From an uncultured Gammaproteobacteria bacterium (GTDB lineage: Bacteria; Patescibacteriota; Patescibacteriia; UBA1558; 2-01-FULL-52-15), in assembly GCA_964402565.1 (NCBI GenBank), contig CAYOCJ010000001.1, forward strand, positions 504,802-568,801: 64,000 nucleotides of DNA, given 5' to 3'. This document shows, piece by piece, positions 49,582-57,951 of this stretch. Each line of letters begins with the position of its first letter. The first letter of the stretch is position 1. The translations under genes and the position numbers were made by a program. The notes under the pieces were generated by a model that was given only the letters and a program-made list of their open reading frames with translations, made no database searches and was not told the origin of the DNA.

Positions 49582-49595
49582 AGTCTCTATAAAAA

Positions 49596-49985
49596 TTATG
49601 TCTTCTGAGCAGCTGCCTTACGACCGCTTCCCATAGTCTTACGTACATTGCCGCGTACAGTCCTGGTATTAGTCTTGGTGCGCTGGCCGCGTACCGGCAA
49701 ATGCTTCGCGTGTCGCGAACCGCGATAGCTATTGATCTCTTTCAATCGCTTGATGTTCGAAAGCACTTCGCGCCTCAAATCACCCTCGACCCGATGCGTA
49801 TCTTCAATCACGCGTCGAAGATTATTTACTTCGCTTTCTGAAAGATTTTTCACTCTGGTATCCGGATTGATCTTCAGCTGGGCAAGGATTTTTTGAGATG
49901 TGGTAAGCCCGATACCGTAGATATAGGTAAGCGCTACTTCAACTCGCTTCTCCACTGGAATGGTAACTCCTGCTATACGTGCCAT
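49596..49985 (-). CDS. rpsM: 30S ribosomal protein S13
   Basis: [26 protein letters not shown]. Confidence 0.93.
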   Translation of the reverse strand: MARIAGVTIPVEKRVEVALTYIYGIGLTTSQKILAQLKINPDTRVKNLSESEVNNLRRVIEDTHRVEGDLRREVLSNIKRLKEINSYRGSRHAKHLPVRGQRTKTNTRTVRGNVRKTMGSGRKAAAQKT

Positions 49986-49988
49986 AGA

Positions 49989-50102
49989 TTATCCTTGTCT
50001 CTGCTTATGCTTAGGATTTTCGCAAATAACAACCAAACGTCCCTTTCTGCGGACCTTTTGGCATTTTGAACAAATTTCTTTTACAGAAGCTCGTACCTTC
50101 AT
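49989..50102 (-). CDS. rpmJ: 50S ribosomal protein L36 (37 aa; absent from ORF track)
   Basis: Manual translation of the minus strand gives [37 protein letters not shown] with the zinc-ribbon C..C...C..H pattern. It sits between infA and rpsM, as in canonical operons. Confidence 0.88.
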   Translation of the reverse strand: MKVRASVKEICSKCQKVRRKGRLVVICENPKHKQRQG

Positions 50103-50106
50103 TCGA

Positions 50107-50340
50107 TTATTTACGATATGTTATGCGCCCCTTGGTGAGGTCGTACGGACTGATCTCAACCCGAACTCTGTCACCTGGTATCAAGCGAATTTTATTCATC
50201 CGCATTTTTCCGGACAAATGACACAAAATTTCATGTCCATTATCCAAAGTCACCTTGAATGTAGCGCTCGGAAGTAATTCCTCGACCACACCCTCCATCT
50301 CTATAAATCCTTTGGACGTATCTTGGCTGTCTTGTGGCAT
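50107..50340 (-). CDS. infA: Translation initiation factor IF-1
   Basis: S1-like OB fold: [60 protein letters not shown]. Confidence 0.92.
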   Translation of the reverse strand: MPQDSQDTSKGFIEMEGVVEELLPSATFKVTLDNGHEILCHLSGKMRMNKIRLIPGDRVRVEISPYDLTKGRITYRK

Positions 50341-50398
50341 TAGTCTCTCTTAAACAAAAACTATAATCAGCCGTAAAGGCTGAAAATAACTCGTGATA

Positions 50399-50426
50399 AT
50401 TATACAGTTTTTCTCTAACCTGTCAA
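50399..50426 (-). promoter_or_regulatory. Sigma70-type promoter of the infA-ribosomal operon (-35 TTGACA, -10 TATAAT)
   Basis: Minus strand reads TTGACAggttagagaaaaactgTATAAT, about 55 nt upstream of infA. Confidence 0.6.
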
Positions 50427-50498
50427 GAATTAAAGCTCCCGCAGTACCTTAAACCAACTGCATGTAAAAACAGCACTAATATTAGCATTTTCTGACTA

Positions 50499-50527
50499 TT
50501 GACAAAAATTAGATAATCGTGTATATT
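50499..50527 (+). promoter_or_regulatory. Divergent outward-facing consensus promoter (-35 TTGACA, 17-nt spacer, -10 TATATT)
   Basis: Plus strand reads TTGACAaaaattagataatcgtgTATATT. It drives the GC-rich 250-nt unit described below. Confidence 0.55.
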
Positions 50528-50605
50528 GTTGACGATTGATTTCTGGTCTTCGAGTCCGGCAAACAGTCCACAAACCAAAACCAACGTCGAAAGGGAGGTG
50601 GTACC

Positions 50606-50707
50606 TTGAACAAGTTCCATTGCACCGCAGCGCGGAGCGCGCATCTGGGCCTGAAGGCCATTTATAACAACGCGACCGGCGACGCCGAGACCAGCTCGAT
50701 CAACTGA
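50606..50707 (+). CDS. Candidate small ORF (33 aa, TTG start) inside a GC-rich promoter-terminator cassette; may instead be part of a non-coding RNA
   Basis: Strong SD GGGAGGTG lies 5 nt upstream of TTG. Predicted peptide: (M)NKFHCTAARSAHLGLKAIYNNATGDAETSSIN. No homology recognised. Confidence 0.25.
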   Translation: MNKFHCTAARSAHLGLKAIYNNATGDAETSSIN

Positions 50708-50724
50708 TCGACCAGGCCGACGGC

Positions 50725-50790
50725 AAGGGGCAGCACTCGTGGAAATGGGAAGACCATTTTCAATGAGCAGCTGCCCCTTCTCTTTTCCAA
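50725..50790 (+). terminator. Rho-independent terminator of the small plus-strand unit
   Basis: ggggcagc ... gctgcccc two-tier stem followed by ttctcttttcc. Confidence 0.55.
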
Positions 50791-50794
50791 AAAA

Positions 50795-52549
50795 TTATTC
50801 GAGTACAGCCTTAATACGCCTGACGCCAGCAGAACTAGCTTCTTCCTTTTGAATCTTAAGCTTTCCCATATCTTTCGTGTTCTGCACATGCGGACCACCG
50901 CAAATTTCTTTACTAAAGTCGCCCACAAAATAGACTTTGACTTTGTCTCCATACTTGTGCTCAAAAACACCTGTTGCGCCAATCTTCTTCGCATCAGCGA
51001 CTGACATCTCTTCGAAATGAACATCATGTCCCTTGGCGATCTCGGTATTGACCATTTCCTCTATTTTGTGAATCTCATATTCTTCAAGCTTGCGAGGAAA
51101 TGTAAAATCAAAACGCAAACGCTCAGCCGTGATATTACTGCCACGCTGGTTAATATCCTCGCGTCCCAAGATGCGCTTCATAGCCTCGAGCATGAGATGG
51201 TTTGCTGTATGATACTTCACTGTTTGATCACTATGATCAGCAAGTCCACCTTTGAATTTCCCGGCTGAGGCGGTGCGGCTTTTATCTTGATGGTCTTTCA
51301 TCAATGCAGTAAAGCTAGCAACATCGACTGATATATTCTTTTCATGTGCAAGCTCCTGCACCATTTCCAGTGGAAAACCATAACTTGAAAATAAGGTAAA
51401 TGCATCTTCACCAGAAATAGTTCCAGCTTTTGCATATTTCTCGAAAGTTCTGGTTCCTTGATCTATTGTCTTTGAAAACTTTTCCTGCTCCTTATGCAGC
51501 TCCTCTACTACTACATCATGATTACGTCCAAGTTCTGGATAGTCATTGTGATATTCTCGTGTAACGATCTGAACCAATGAATCAAATTCTTTGGAATCCA
51601 AATCAATCATCTTCGCGTAGCGTACCATACGGCGAATCAACCTGCGCAGGACATAACCCTGGTCAACATTCGAAGGCCGGATAGCTCGTTCATCAGCCAG
51701 CATGAAAACAGTAGCACGAATATGATCAACGATGATCCTAACAGCTCGATCGTTTCCTTGTGCCTTTTTCGCTGTTCGATTCACATGCGTAATGAGCGGC
51801 TCAACCGTATCAATGCTATAGACCGAGTCCTGACCATCAAGCACTGCAACGGTGCGCTCCAAGCCCATACCAGTATCAACATTTTTCTGCTTCAATGGCG
51901 TATAGGAGCCATCTTTCTGTTTTTCATAGGCCATAAATACATTATTCCAAATCTCGATCCAACGGCTATCTTTCGGATCATATATCTTGGGCGCAGGCTC
52001 ATTAGCGCTCCAGTAAAATATCTCTGTGTCAGGTCCGCAAGGACCAGAATCTCCTACTGGTCCCCAGAAATTATCATCGAGATACGCGATCCGATCTTTT
52101 GAAACGCCATGTAGTTGCCAAAGATGCGCTGTTTCTTCATCTCGTGGAATACCTTCTTTTTCATTGCCGTCGAAAACAGTAAATGCCAATTTATCCAGAG
52201 AAATACCAAGATATTTTTTATCTGTAAGGAATTCAAAGCTCCATTCAACGGCATCTGTTTTGAAATAGTCGCCTAAAGACCAATTGCCGAGCATTTCGAA
52301 AAAAGTCAGATGCGTACCATCGCCTACTTCATCGATATCCCCGGTACGGATACACTTCTGTGCATTGGCGAGCCTGAGACCCTGCGGATGCTTCTCTCCT
52401 TTGAGAAATGGGGTTAAGGGGTGCATACCAGCTGTGGTAAAGAGCACGGTCGGATCATTCTCTGGAATCAAAGAAGCCGAAGGCACGATCTCGTGGCCTT
52501 TGGAACGGAAAAAATTGAAGTAGAGGTTTTTGAGCTGACGGCTAGTCAT
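50795..52549 (-). CDS. alaS: Alanine--tRNA ligase, short form (catalytic + tRNA-binding + editing domains; lacks the C-terminal C-Ala domain)
   Basis: N-terminal FNFFRSKGHEIVPSASLIPENDPTVLFTTAGM. Editing-domain HTANHL...CGGPHV Zn motif. The gene is 584 aa, versus about 870 aa for typical AlaS. The start was trimmed to MTSRQLK at 52549. Confidence 0.85.
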   Translation of the reverse strand: MTSRQLKNLYFNFFRSKGHEIVPSASLIPENDPTVLFTTAGMHPLTPFLKGEKHPQGLRLANAQKCIRTGDIDEVGDGTHLTFFEMLGNWSLGDYFKTDAVEWSFEFLTDKKYLGISLDKLAFTVFDGNEKEGIPRDEETAHLWQLHGVSKDRIAYLDDNFWGPVGDSGPCGPDTEIFYWSANEPAPKIYDPKDSRWIEIWNNVFMAYEKQKDGSYTPLKQKNVDTGMGLERTVAVLDGQDSVYSIDTVEPLITHVNRTAKKAQGNDRAVRIIVDHIRATVFMLADERAIRPSNVDQGYVLRRLIRRMVRYAKMIDLDSKEFDSLVQIVTREYHNDYPELGRNHDVVVEELHKEQEKFSKTIDQGTRTFEKYAKAGTISGEDAFTLFSSYGFPLEMVQELAHEKNISVDVASFTALMKDHQDKSRTASAGKFKGGLADHSDQTVKYHTANHLMLEAMKRILGREDINQRGSNITAERLRFDFTFPRKLEEYEIHKIEEMVNTEIAKGHDVHFEEMSVADAKKIGATGVFEHKYGDKVKVYFVGDFSKEICGGPHVQNTKDMGKLKIQKEEASSAGVRRIKAVLE

Positions 52550-52740
52550 GGGAATTAGTATATTGTAAAAGTACAAGGAAAACAAGATTTTTTATATTCA
52601 GGAGCTTTTACTACTATAAACTATTGACAAAATATATTATTTATGCTATTTTACTCGGTCTTTTGCATCACAGTCAGAAGGCTTAGTTCTTCGAAATCAC
52701 AATTTACGGCGACTATGGTCGCTCTAAGAAGGGAGAAAAT

Positions 52741-53994
52741 GTGCGCTTTCAAAAACGTCTTTTTCTGTTCATCGCGGCCGCTCTGTTGAGCGCAACTCAA
52801 CTCAGCGCCCAAGCACCGCCAGAAATGCTCAGTCTTTCCGCGCCCTACGGATACAACGGTGAGACGGTGGCGATCGACGGGCACTATCTCTTCGGTCCCT
52901 ACCAGACGACGGTGACATTCAACGGTTCTCCTGCGCTGATCATCTTCCAGAGGACCTACGGATCAGATTCACCAATCCTCCAGGAGATCGTCATGCTGGT
53001 TCCGGATGATGCCTGCTCGGGCCCAGTGTGCGTACGGACGCCGTACGGAACGACTTGCTGGCCAGATTCATTCACAGTCTGGCCGTATTCCGAAACGGAT
53101 GATGACTTCATCGGTGACCACTGCGACAACTGTCCGAGTGTAAACAACCCCGACCAGTCGGACAGCGACGGTGACGGGGTCGGCGACGCTTGTGACAATT
53201 GCCCGACCATCTACAATCCGAGTCAATCGGATTTCAACTCCGACGGCCAGGGAGACCACTGCGACAACGACGACGGCACCGTCTATCTCTCGTTGCCCGA
53301 AAAAAGTACGATCGAGTGGGACGGCGACTCAGGAGCCCATCCCTGGAACATCTACCGAGGTGATCTAGCGGAGCTCCGAGCGAGCGGAACCTATACGCAG
53401 CCTAGCGGCACGAATCCTGGAGCTGGACGAGAGTGCAGCCTGATGCAAGTTCAAACCACAGACTTCGACGTTATCAACCCCGGTGAAGTGTGGTTCTATC
53501 TCGTGAATGGTACCTACCCGAACGGGATCGAATACGCTCTTGGCGCGGATTCGAGTGGAACCATGCGACCGAACGACAATCCGTGCGGTGTTCAAACGCC
53601 TAACACATTTACGGCAAAATACTGGAACACACCAATGTACCAGTACGAGCCGCCGATGCCGACGTGGGCACCGGACATCGTGACACAGGTTCCCACGGTC
53701 GACTTCAACTGGGGGCAAGGCTCTCCAGATCCTGCCATCACCAACGACCACTTCATGGCGGAATACACGAAGTACCAATTCTTTGTAGGCGGCCCCTATC
53801 AGTTCAGGGCAAAGGTCGATGACGGAGTTCGAGTCTTCGTCGATGGCTACAGGGTCATCGATGAATGGCGCGATCAGGGTGAGCCGACCTTCTATGGCAA
53901 CATTACCCTCAACGAAGGACTGCATGCCATCAAAATCCTCTACTACGAGGATGGCGGCGGTGCTGTCATCCAGGTAAACTGGCAGCGTCAGTAG
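52741..53994 (+). CDS. Secreted protein with thrombospondin type-3 Ca-binding repeats and a C-terminal PA14 domain; GTG start; GC-rich relative to neighbours
   Basis: Signal peptide [19 protein letters not shown]. Three DxDxDGxxDxCDNCP TSP3 repeats. PA14-like [26 protein letters not shown]...[22 protein letters not shown]. Confidence 0.7.
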   Translation: MRFQKRLFLFIAAALLSATQLSAQAPPEMLSLSAPYGYNGETVAIDGHYLFGPYQTTVTFNGSPALIIFQRTYGSDSPILQEIVMLVPDDACSGPVCVRTPYGTTCWPDSFTVWPYSETDDDFIGDHCDNCPSVNNPDQSDSDGDGVGDACDNCPTIYNPSQSDFNSDGQGDHCDNDDGTVYLSLPEKSTIEWDGDSGAHPWNIYRGDLAELRASGTYTQPSGTNPGAGRECSLMQVQTTDFDVINPGEVWFYLVNGTYPNGIEYALGADSSGTMRPNDNPCGVQTPNTFTAKYWNTPMYQYEPPMPTWAPDIVTQVPTVDFNWGQGSPDPAITNDHFMAEYTKYQFFVGGPYQFRAKVDDGVRVFVDGYRVIDEWRDQGEPTFYGNITLNEGLHAIKILYYEDGGGAVIQVNWQRQ

Positions 53995-54067
53995 CAATCA
54001 TCCGCGGGGGACGATCACTATCAATTCGGAATCAACCGAAGCGATACGGATCTCCCCCGCTTTTCTT

Positions 54068-55183
54068 TTACGTAATTACCCCACTCCCGACAAGTTCCTT
54101 ACCATTATAAGCAGCGAAAGTTTGGCCTGGTGAAACTGCTCTTTGCGGGCGAGCGAAGCGAGCCCGCACAATTACTTTGCCCTCTGACTTCACGACGGGA
54201 TTTTTCGACTTCGTCCCGCTTCGCGGGACTTCGCTCAAAATGACTGCCTGATCCTGTTGCCGATAGCGTATCTTTGCTTTGCACTTCAATGGAAAGCAAA
54301 GCGGCTTGGCAACCAAATGCCAGTCTGAAACAGTAATTTCTTTTTTGAAAAGCTGTAATTGATGTTCAGTGCCAACAACTAAGCGATTCTTTTTCAGGTC
54401 TTTATCTATGACATAGAGCGCCGGTCCTCCGCCAATATGAATTCCTTTCCTTTGGCCGATAGTGTAGTAATACACTCCCTGATGCTGCCCGAGTACTTTC
54501 CCATTCGTATCAACGATATCTCCTTTCTTTGGCTTGATCCATTCTTTCAAGAAATCGTCCATATCAATATTTCCGACAAAACATACGCCCTGGCTGTCAG
54601 GCCTAGTAGCATTTGGTAATTTAATTCTCTTCGCAAGAGTCCGTACCTCAGGCTTTGTTATCTCCGCCAATGGAAAAACTACATGAGATAATTGCTCCTG
54701 TCCCAGTCCTGCCAGAAAATACGATTGATCCTTGTTCTTGTCCTTGCCTTTCAATAGATGAAAGATGCCGTCTTTTGTCTTTTTCACTCCTGCATAATGC
54801 CCTGTAGCGATTGATTCGTACCCCTCTTTTTTTGCACGATCCAAAAACACACCGAACTTGATTTGCGTATTACACATGATGTCGGGATTTGGTGTTCTGC
54901 CGCTCTTATACTCATAGACCATATAGTCAAAAACCTGTTTGTGATACTCTCGTTCAAAATTCCAAGTCTCGAAAGGAATTTTCAAAAACCTTGCTACTCT
55001 ACGAGCTTCTCTCATGTCCTCTTTCCAGGGGCAATCGACACCTTTCATTGGCAATGAGAAATTCTTCATGAATACGGCATGTACTTCATAGCCTTGTTTT
55101 TTCAGCAGATAGGCAGAAACAGCAGAGTCTACGCCGCCCGATAATCCGATCAAAATGTTCTTCTTACTTTTCATAAGATGCAC
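54068..55183 (-). CDS. mnmA: tRNA-specific 2-thiouridylase
   Basis: PP-loop ILIGLSGGVDSAVSAY. The Cys pair and C-terminal barrel are typical of MnmA. Confidence 0.88.
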   Translation of the reverse strand: MHLMKSKKNILIGLSGGVDSAVSAYLLKKQGYEVHAVFMKNFSLPMKGVDCPWKEDMREARRVARFLKIPFETWNFEREYHKQVFDYMVYEYKSGRTPNPDIMCNTQIKFGVFLDRAKKEGYESIATGHYAGVKKTKDGIFHLLKGKDKNKDQSYFLAGLGQEQLSHVVFPLAEITKPEVRTLAKRIKLPNATRPDSQGVCFVGNIDMDDFLKEWIKPKKGDIVDTNGKVLGQHQGVYYYTIGQRKGIHIGGGPALYVIDKDLKKNRLVVGTEHQLQLFKKEITVSDWHLVAKPLCFPLKCKAKIRYRQQDQAVILSEVPRSGTKSKNPVVKSEGKVIVRARFARPQRAVSPGQTFAAYNGKELVGSGVIT

Positions 55184-55353
55184 TATCTATAATGCAGGCA
55201 CCGACGCTTCACACCCGGGCCCGCTCTTTAGGGTGTCCAGCGCACGCGCCTGCATCATGATTCATTGTACAAACTTACTCACTACGAGCAGGGATGTGTG
55301 TCGAAAGTCCCTTGCGTAGCATGGGATGCGAAACGGCAGCCCGGCGAGAATAG

Positions 55354-56340
55354 TTATAAATACCTTTCCTTATTCTTCTGATGCTCGGCGAACGTTTTTG
55401 CATAGTGGACAGTGCCGGCGCTATCCGTTAAAAAATAATAATACGGATTCGACTCAGGGTAGATCACCGCTTTGAGGGCGTCAAGGCTTGGGTTACCTAT
55501 GGGGCCAGGGGGAAGGCCGCGATATTTGTAGGTATTGTAGGGCGAGTCTATCAGCAAATCCTTGGCCGTGGATTTTGTTCGGCCGCTATCAGTTATGTAA
55601 TTCACCGTGGCGTCTGATTGCAGGGCGATATTGTCTTTGAGCCGTTTCAGGAAAATATCAGCCACGATTTTACGATCCTTGGTTTGGGAAACTTCCTTTT
55701 CAATGATCGAAGCTAAAATGACAACCTCCTCTATCGTACTTTTTTGTTTTGCAATAGCCTCACGCATGTCCTGGCTCATCTTCGAGTCAAAATTCCGGAG
55801 CATTTTTTGCAGCAGCTGCTTCGTATCTCTATCAGTATCTACCGCATACGTATCGGGAAACAAATATCCTTCGAGAGTAGCCTTGCCGATCGGCTTCAGA
55901 AAGTCATAATTGCCGTTCCACAGCTCCGCATTCTTGGTCAGGGAGTCAAATGCATCAGCTGAAAATCCCTGTTTCGAAAGGTAGGTGCGATATTCCTTCA
56001 GATCCCAACCCTCGATCAATGTGACCGTTCCTCCGGTGGCAAATTTTCCTGACGTAAGAACAGTGATGACCTGCAGGACATTTTGATCGGGTGTCAGTGA
56101 ATAGGTGCCTGCGTGGATTTTGGCTTCTGCATGCATTGCCCGCACCAGGATGTCAAAGGCCAGCGAACTTTTGACCAGGCCGGCTGACTTCAGCGTGCGT
56201 CCGACTGCATTCACTCCTTGTCCGGCTCCGACGCGAAAAATTTGTTCATGCGCATCAGCAGAAACTGCTCCTAAAAGCGAAACTGACCGGAACAAAAAAA
56301 TTACACCTAAGAGTACTAGCAGTATAAGAAACTTGCGCAT
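55354..56340 (-). CDS. mltG: Endolytic murein transglycosylase MltG (YceG-like)
   Basis: N-terminal TM segment. Conserved YRGLPPGPIGNPSLDALKAVIYPE motif. Confidence 0.85.
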   Translation of the reverse strand: MRKFLILLVLLGVIFLFRSVSLLGAVSADAHEQIFRVGAGQGVNAVGRTLKSAGLVKSSLAFDILVRAMHAEAKIHAGTYSLTPDQNVLQVITVLTSGKFATGGTVTLIEGWDLKEYRTYLSKQGFSADAFDSLTKNAELWNGNYDFLKPIGKATLEGYLFPDTYAVDTDRDTKQLLQKMLRNFDSKMSQDMREAIAKQKSTIEEVVILASIIEKEVSQTKDRKIVADIFLKRLKDNIALQSDATVNYITDSGRTKSTAKDLLIDSPYNTYKYRGLPPGPIGNPSLDALKAVIYPESNPYYYFLTDSAGTVHYAKTFAEHQKNKERYL

Positions 56341-56343
56341 AGG

Positions 56344-57432
56344 CTATAGATGATCCTCCAAGCCCAGCTCCTTCATTTTCTCGAGTAATTCTTTGATGTC
56401 TGCTGATTGCTTTAACGACGATATAAACAAAGCATCTTTGGTATCGATCACTGCAAGGTCATGGATGTCATTAGCGACTAATACTTTTTTCCCAACGGTC
56501 GAGTATAGTAAATTATTTGTTGCATTTGAGTGCACCACGGTGCCGCGGGTTACGTTTGCGGATGTCTCTGATTCTGCCATTCGCTTAACGACATGCCATT
56601 TGCCCAAGTCGCTCCAGCCGATTCGATTTGATACGCTCATTGCAAGCTTTTCAACGTGCTCAGTGAGAGCGGTCTCGATGGTAATTTTTTCAAGCTCAGC
56701 ATACTTCGCTCGAATACGAGGATCGGAAGGATCATGGACCATGATCTTGGCTACCTCGCGGCATATCTCGAACATACCAGGCTGAAATTTCTCGAACAGA
56801 TCGAGAACGGTGCCCAGACGCCAGATATACATGCCCGTATGCGCATAGTATACGCCGGATTTCATGATCTCCTTCAAAAAATCGGGCTCAGGCTTTTCTA
56901 CGATATCGTCGATCTCGAAGATGCCTTCAGCTCCCACCTGCTGCAAATTCTTCCCGGCTTTAAAATAGCTGTAGCCGGTATCAGGATAACTCGGCGTCAC
57001 AGCCGGGGTCAAAATGTAATCATGATGAGACTTGATGAACTGTTCGCTAGCGCGCAACAGATCCTGAAATGCACCTACATCTCCTATGAAATCGTCTGAG
57101 GGCAATGAGGCAATGATTTCGCCTCGATCTACGAATTCTGCCACGTAACAGACCTCAAGGCACATGGACGGGCCGGTATTTCGCGTATCAGTTTCAATGA
57201 TCTGATTTGCTGCCGGTATCTCAGGCGCTAATTCGCGAAAGCGTTCGACAAAACGCTCGTTTACTGAAACGAATACATCTTCAGGTCCATGGATGAGGGG
57301 TGTCAGGCGCTCATACGTCATCCGGATCATGGATTGCTCGCCGACCAGGTTTTGGAATTGCTTCGGATTGGTTTTACGGCTCAATGGCCAAAGCCTTGTC
57401 CCGATACCGCCTGCTCGAATGACGTATTTCAT
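56344..57432 (-). CDS. manC: Mannose-1-phosphate guanylyltransferase-like sugar nucleotidyltransferase
   Basis: AGGIGTRLWPLSRKTNPKQFQ, the GGxGTRLxPLS nucleotidyltransferase signature. Confidence 0.78.
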   Translation of the reverse strand: MKYVIRAGGIGTRLWPLSRKTNPKQFQNLVGEQSMIRMTYERLTPLIHGPEDVFVSVNERFVERFRELAPEIPAANQIIETDTRNTGPSMCLEVCYVAEFVDRGEIIASLPSDDFIGDVGAFQDLLRASEQFIKSHHDYILTPAVTPSYPDTGYSYFKAGKNLQQVGAEGIFEIDDIVEKPEPDFLKEIMKSGVYYAHTGMYIWRLGTVLDLFEKFQPGMFEICREVAKIMVHDPSDPRIRAKYAELEKITIETALTEHVEKLAMSVSNRIGWSDLGKWHVVKRMAESETSANVTRGTVVHSNATNNLLYSTVGKKVLVANDIHDLAVIDTKDALFISSLKQSADIKELLEKMKELGLEDHL

Positions 57433-57521
57433 ATATAATACTGTAACAAAAACACGTGAAAAAGACTACTCGCTGCACTTCTTTTCTCAATTCCTACGAT
57501 AGATGCTATACTAACTATGCT

Positions 57522-57944
57522 ATGCGTCTATTTATAGTACCTATTGCGGTCATGCTGGTAACCCAGGCGATAAAGCTGTCTATTGAATATTACCAGGGAA
57601 ATTTCAGCTGGAGTCACGTCAATAGCTACGGCGGCATGCCATCATCACATGCGGCTTTTGTCTCTTCGCTGTCCTATACGCTGGCGCATTACGACGGGAT
57701 CAGCAGCCCTGCCTTCGCAGTTTCAATAATTCTTTTAGTTATTGTACTGCGCGATGCCATGGGCTTCCGCTGGCAACTAGGCATTCACGGCAAAATACTG
57801 AATAAGCTGATCAAAGAACTCCCGGCAACAAAAGAATATCAATTTCCGGTACTCTCAGAACGACTCGGGCATACGCCCCTCGAGGTGACTGTCGGGCTTG
57901 TGACAGGCATCATCCTCAGCATGATCGCCATAGCGCTCATTTAG
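57522..57944 (+). CDS. Divergent PAP2 / acid-phosphatase-vanadium-haloperoxidase-related membrane protein (DUF212, YuiD-like)
   Basis: YGGMPSSHAAFVSSL motif. The start was moved to MRLFIVP. Confidence 0.65.
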   Translation: MRLFIVPIAVMLVTQAIKLSIEYYQGNFSWSHVNSYGGMPSSHAAFVSSLSYTLAHYDGISSPAFAVSIILLVIVLRDAMGFRWQLGIHGKILNKLIKELPATKEYQFPVLSERLGHTPLEVTVGLVTGIILSMIAIALI

Positions 57945-57951
57945 GGGCCGA

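Noticed and set aside
50546-50566. tRNA-like T-arm (ggtcttcgagtccgg)
   Set aside because: Flanking sequence cannot form acceptor, D or anticodon arms. No tRNA was recognised anywhere in the window.
53365-53997. 210-aa minus-strand ORF
   Set aside because: It is fully antisense to the GC-rich TSP3/PA14 gene. Long antisense ORFs are expected in GC-rich DNA, and the protein is Arg/Val-rich low complexity.
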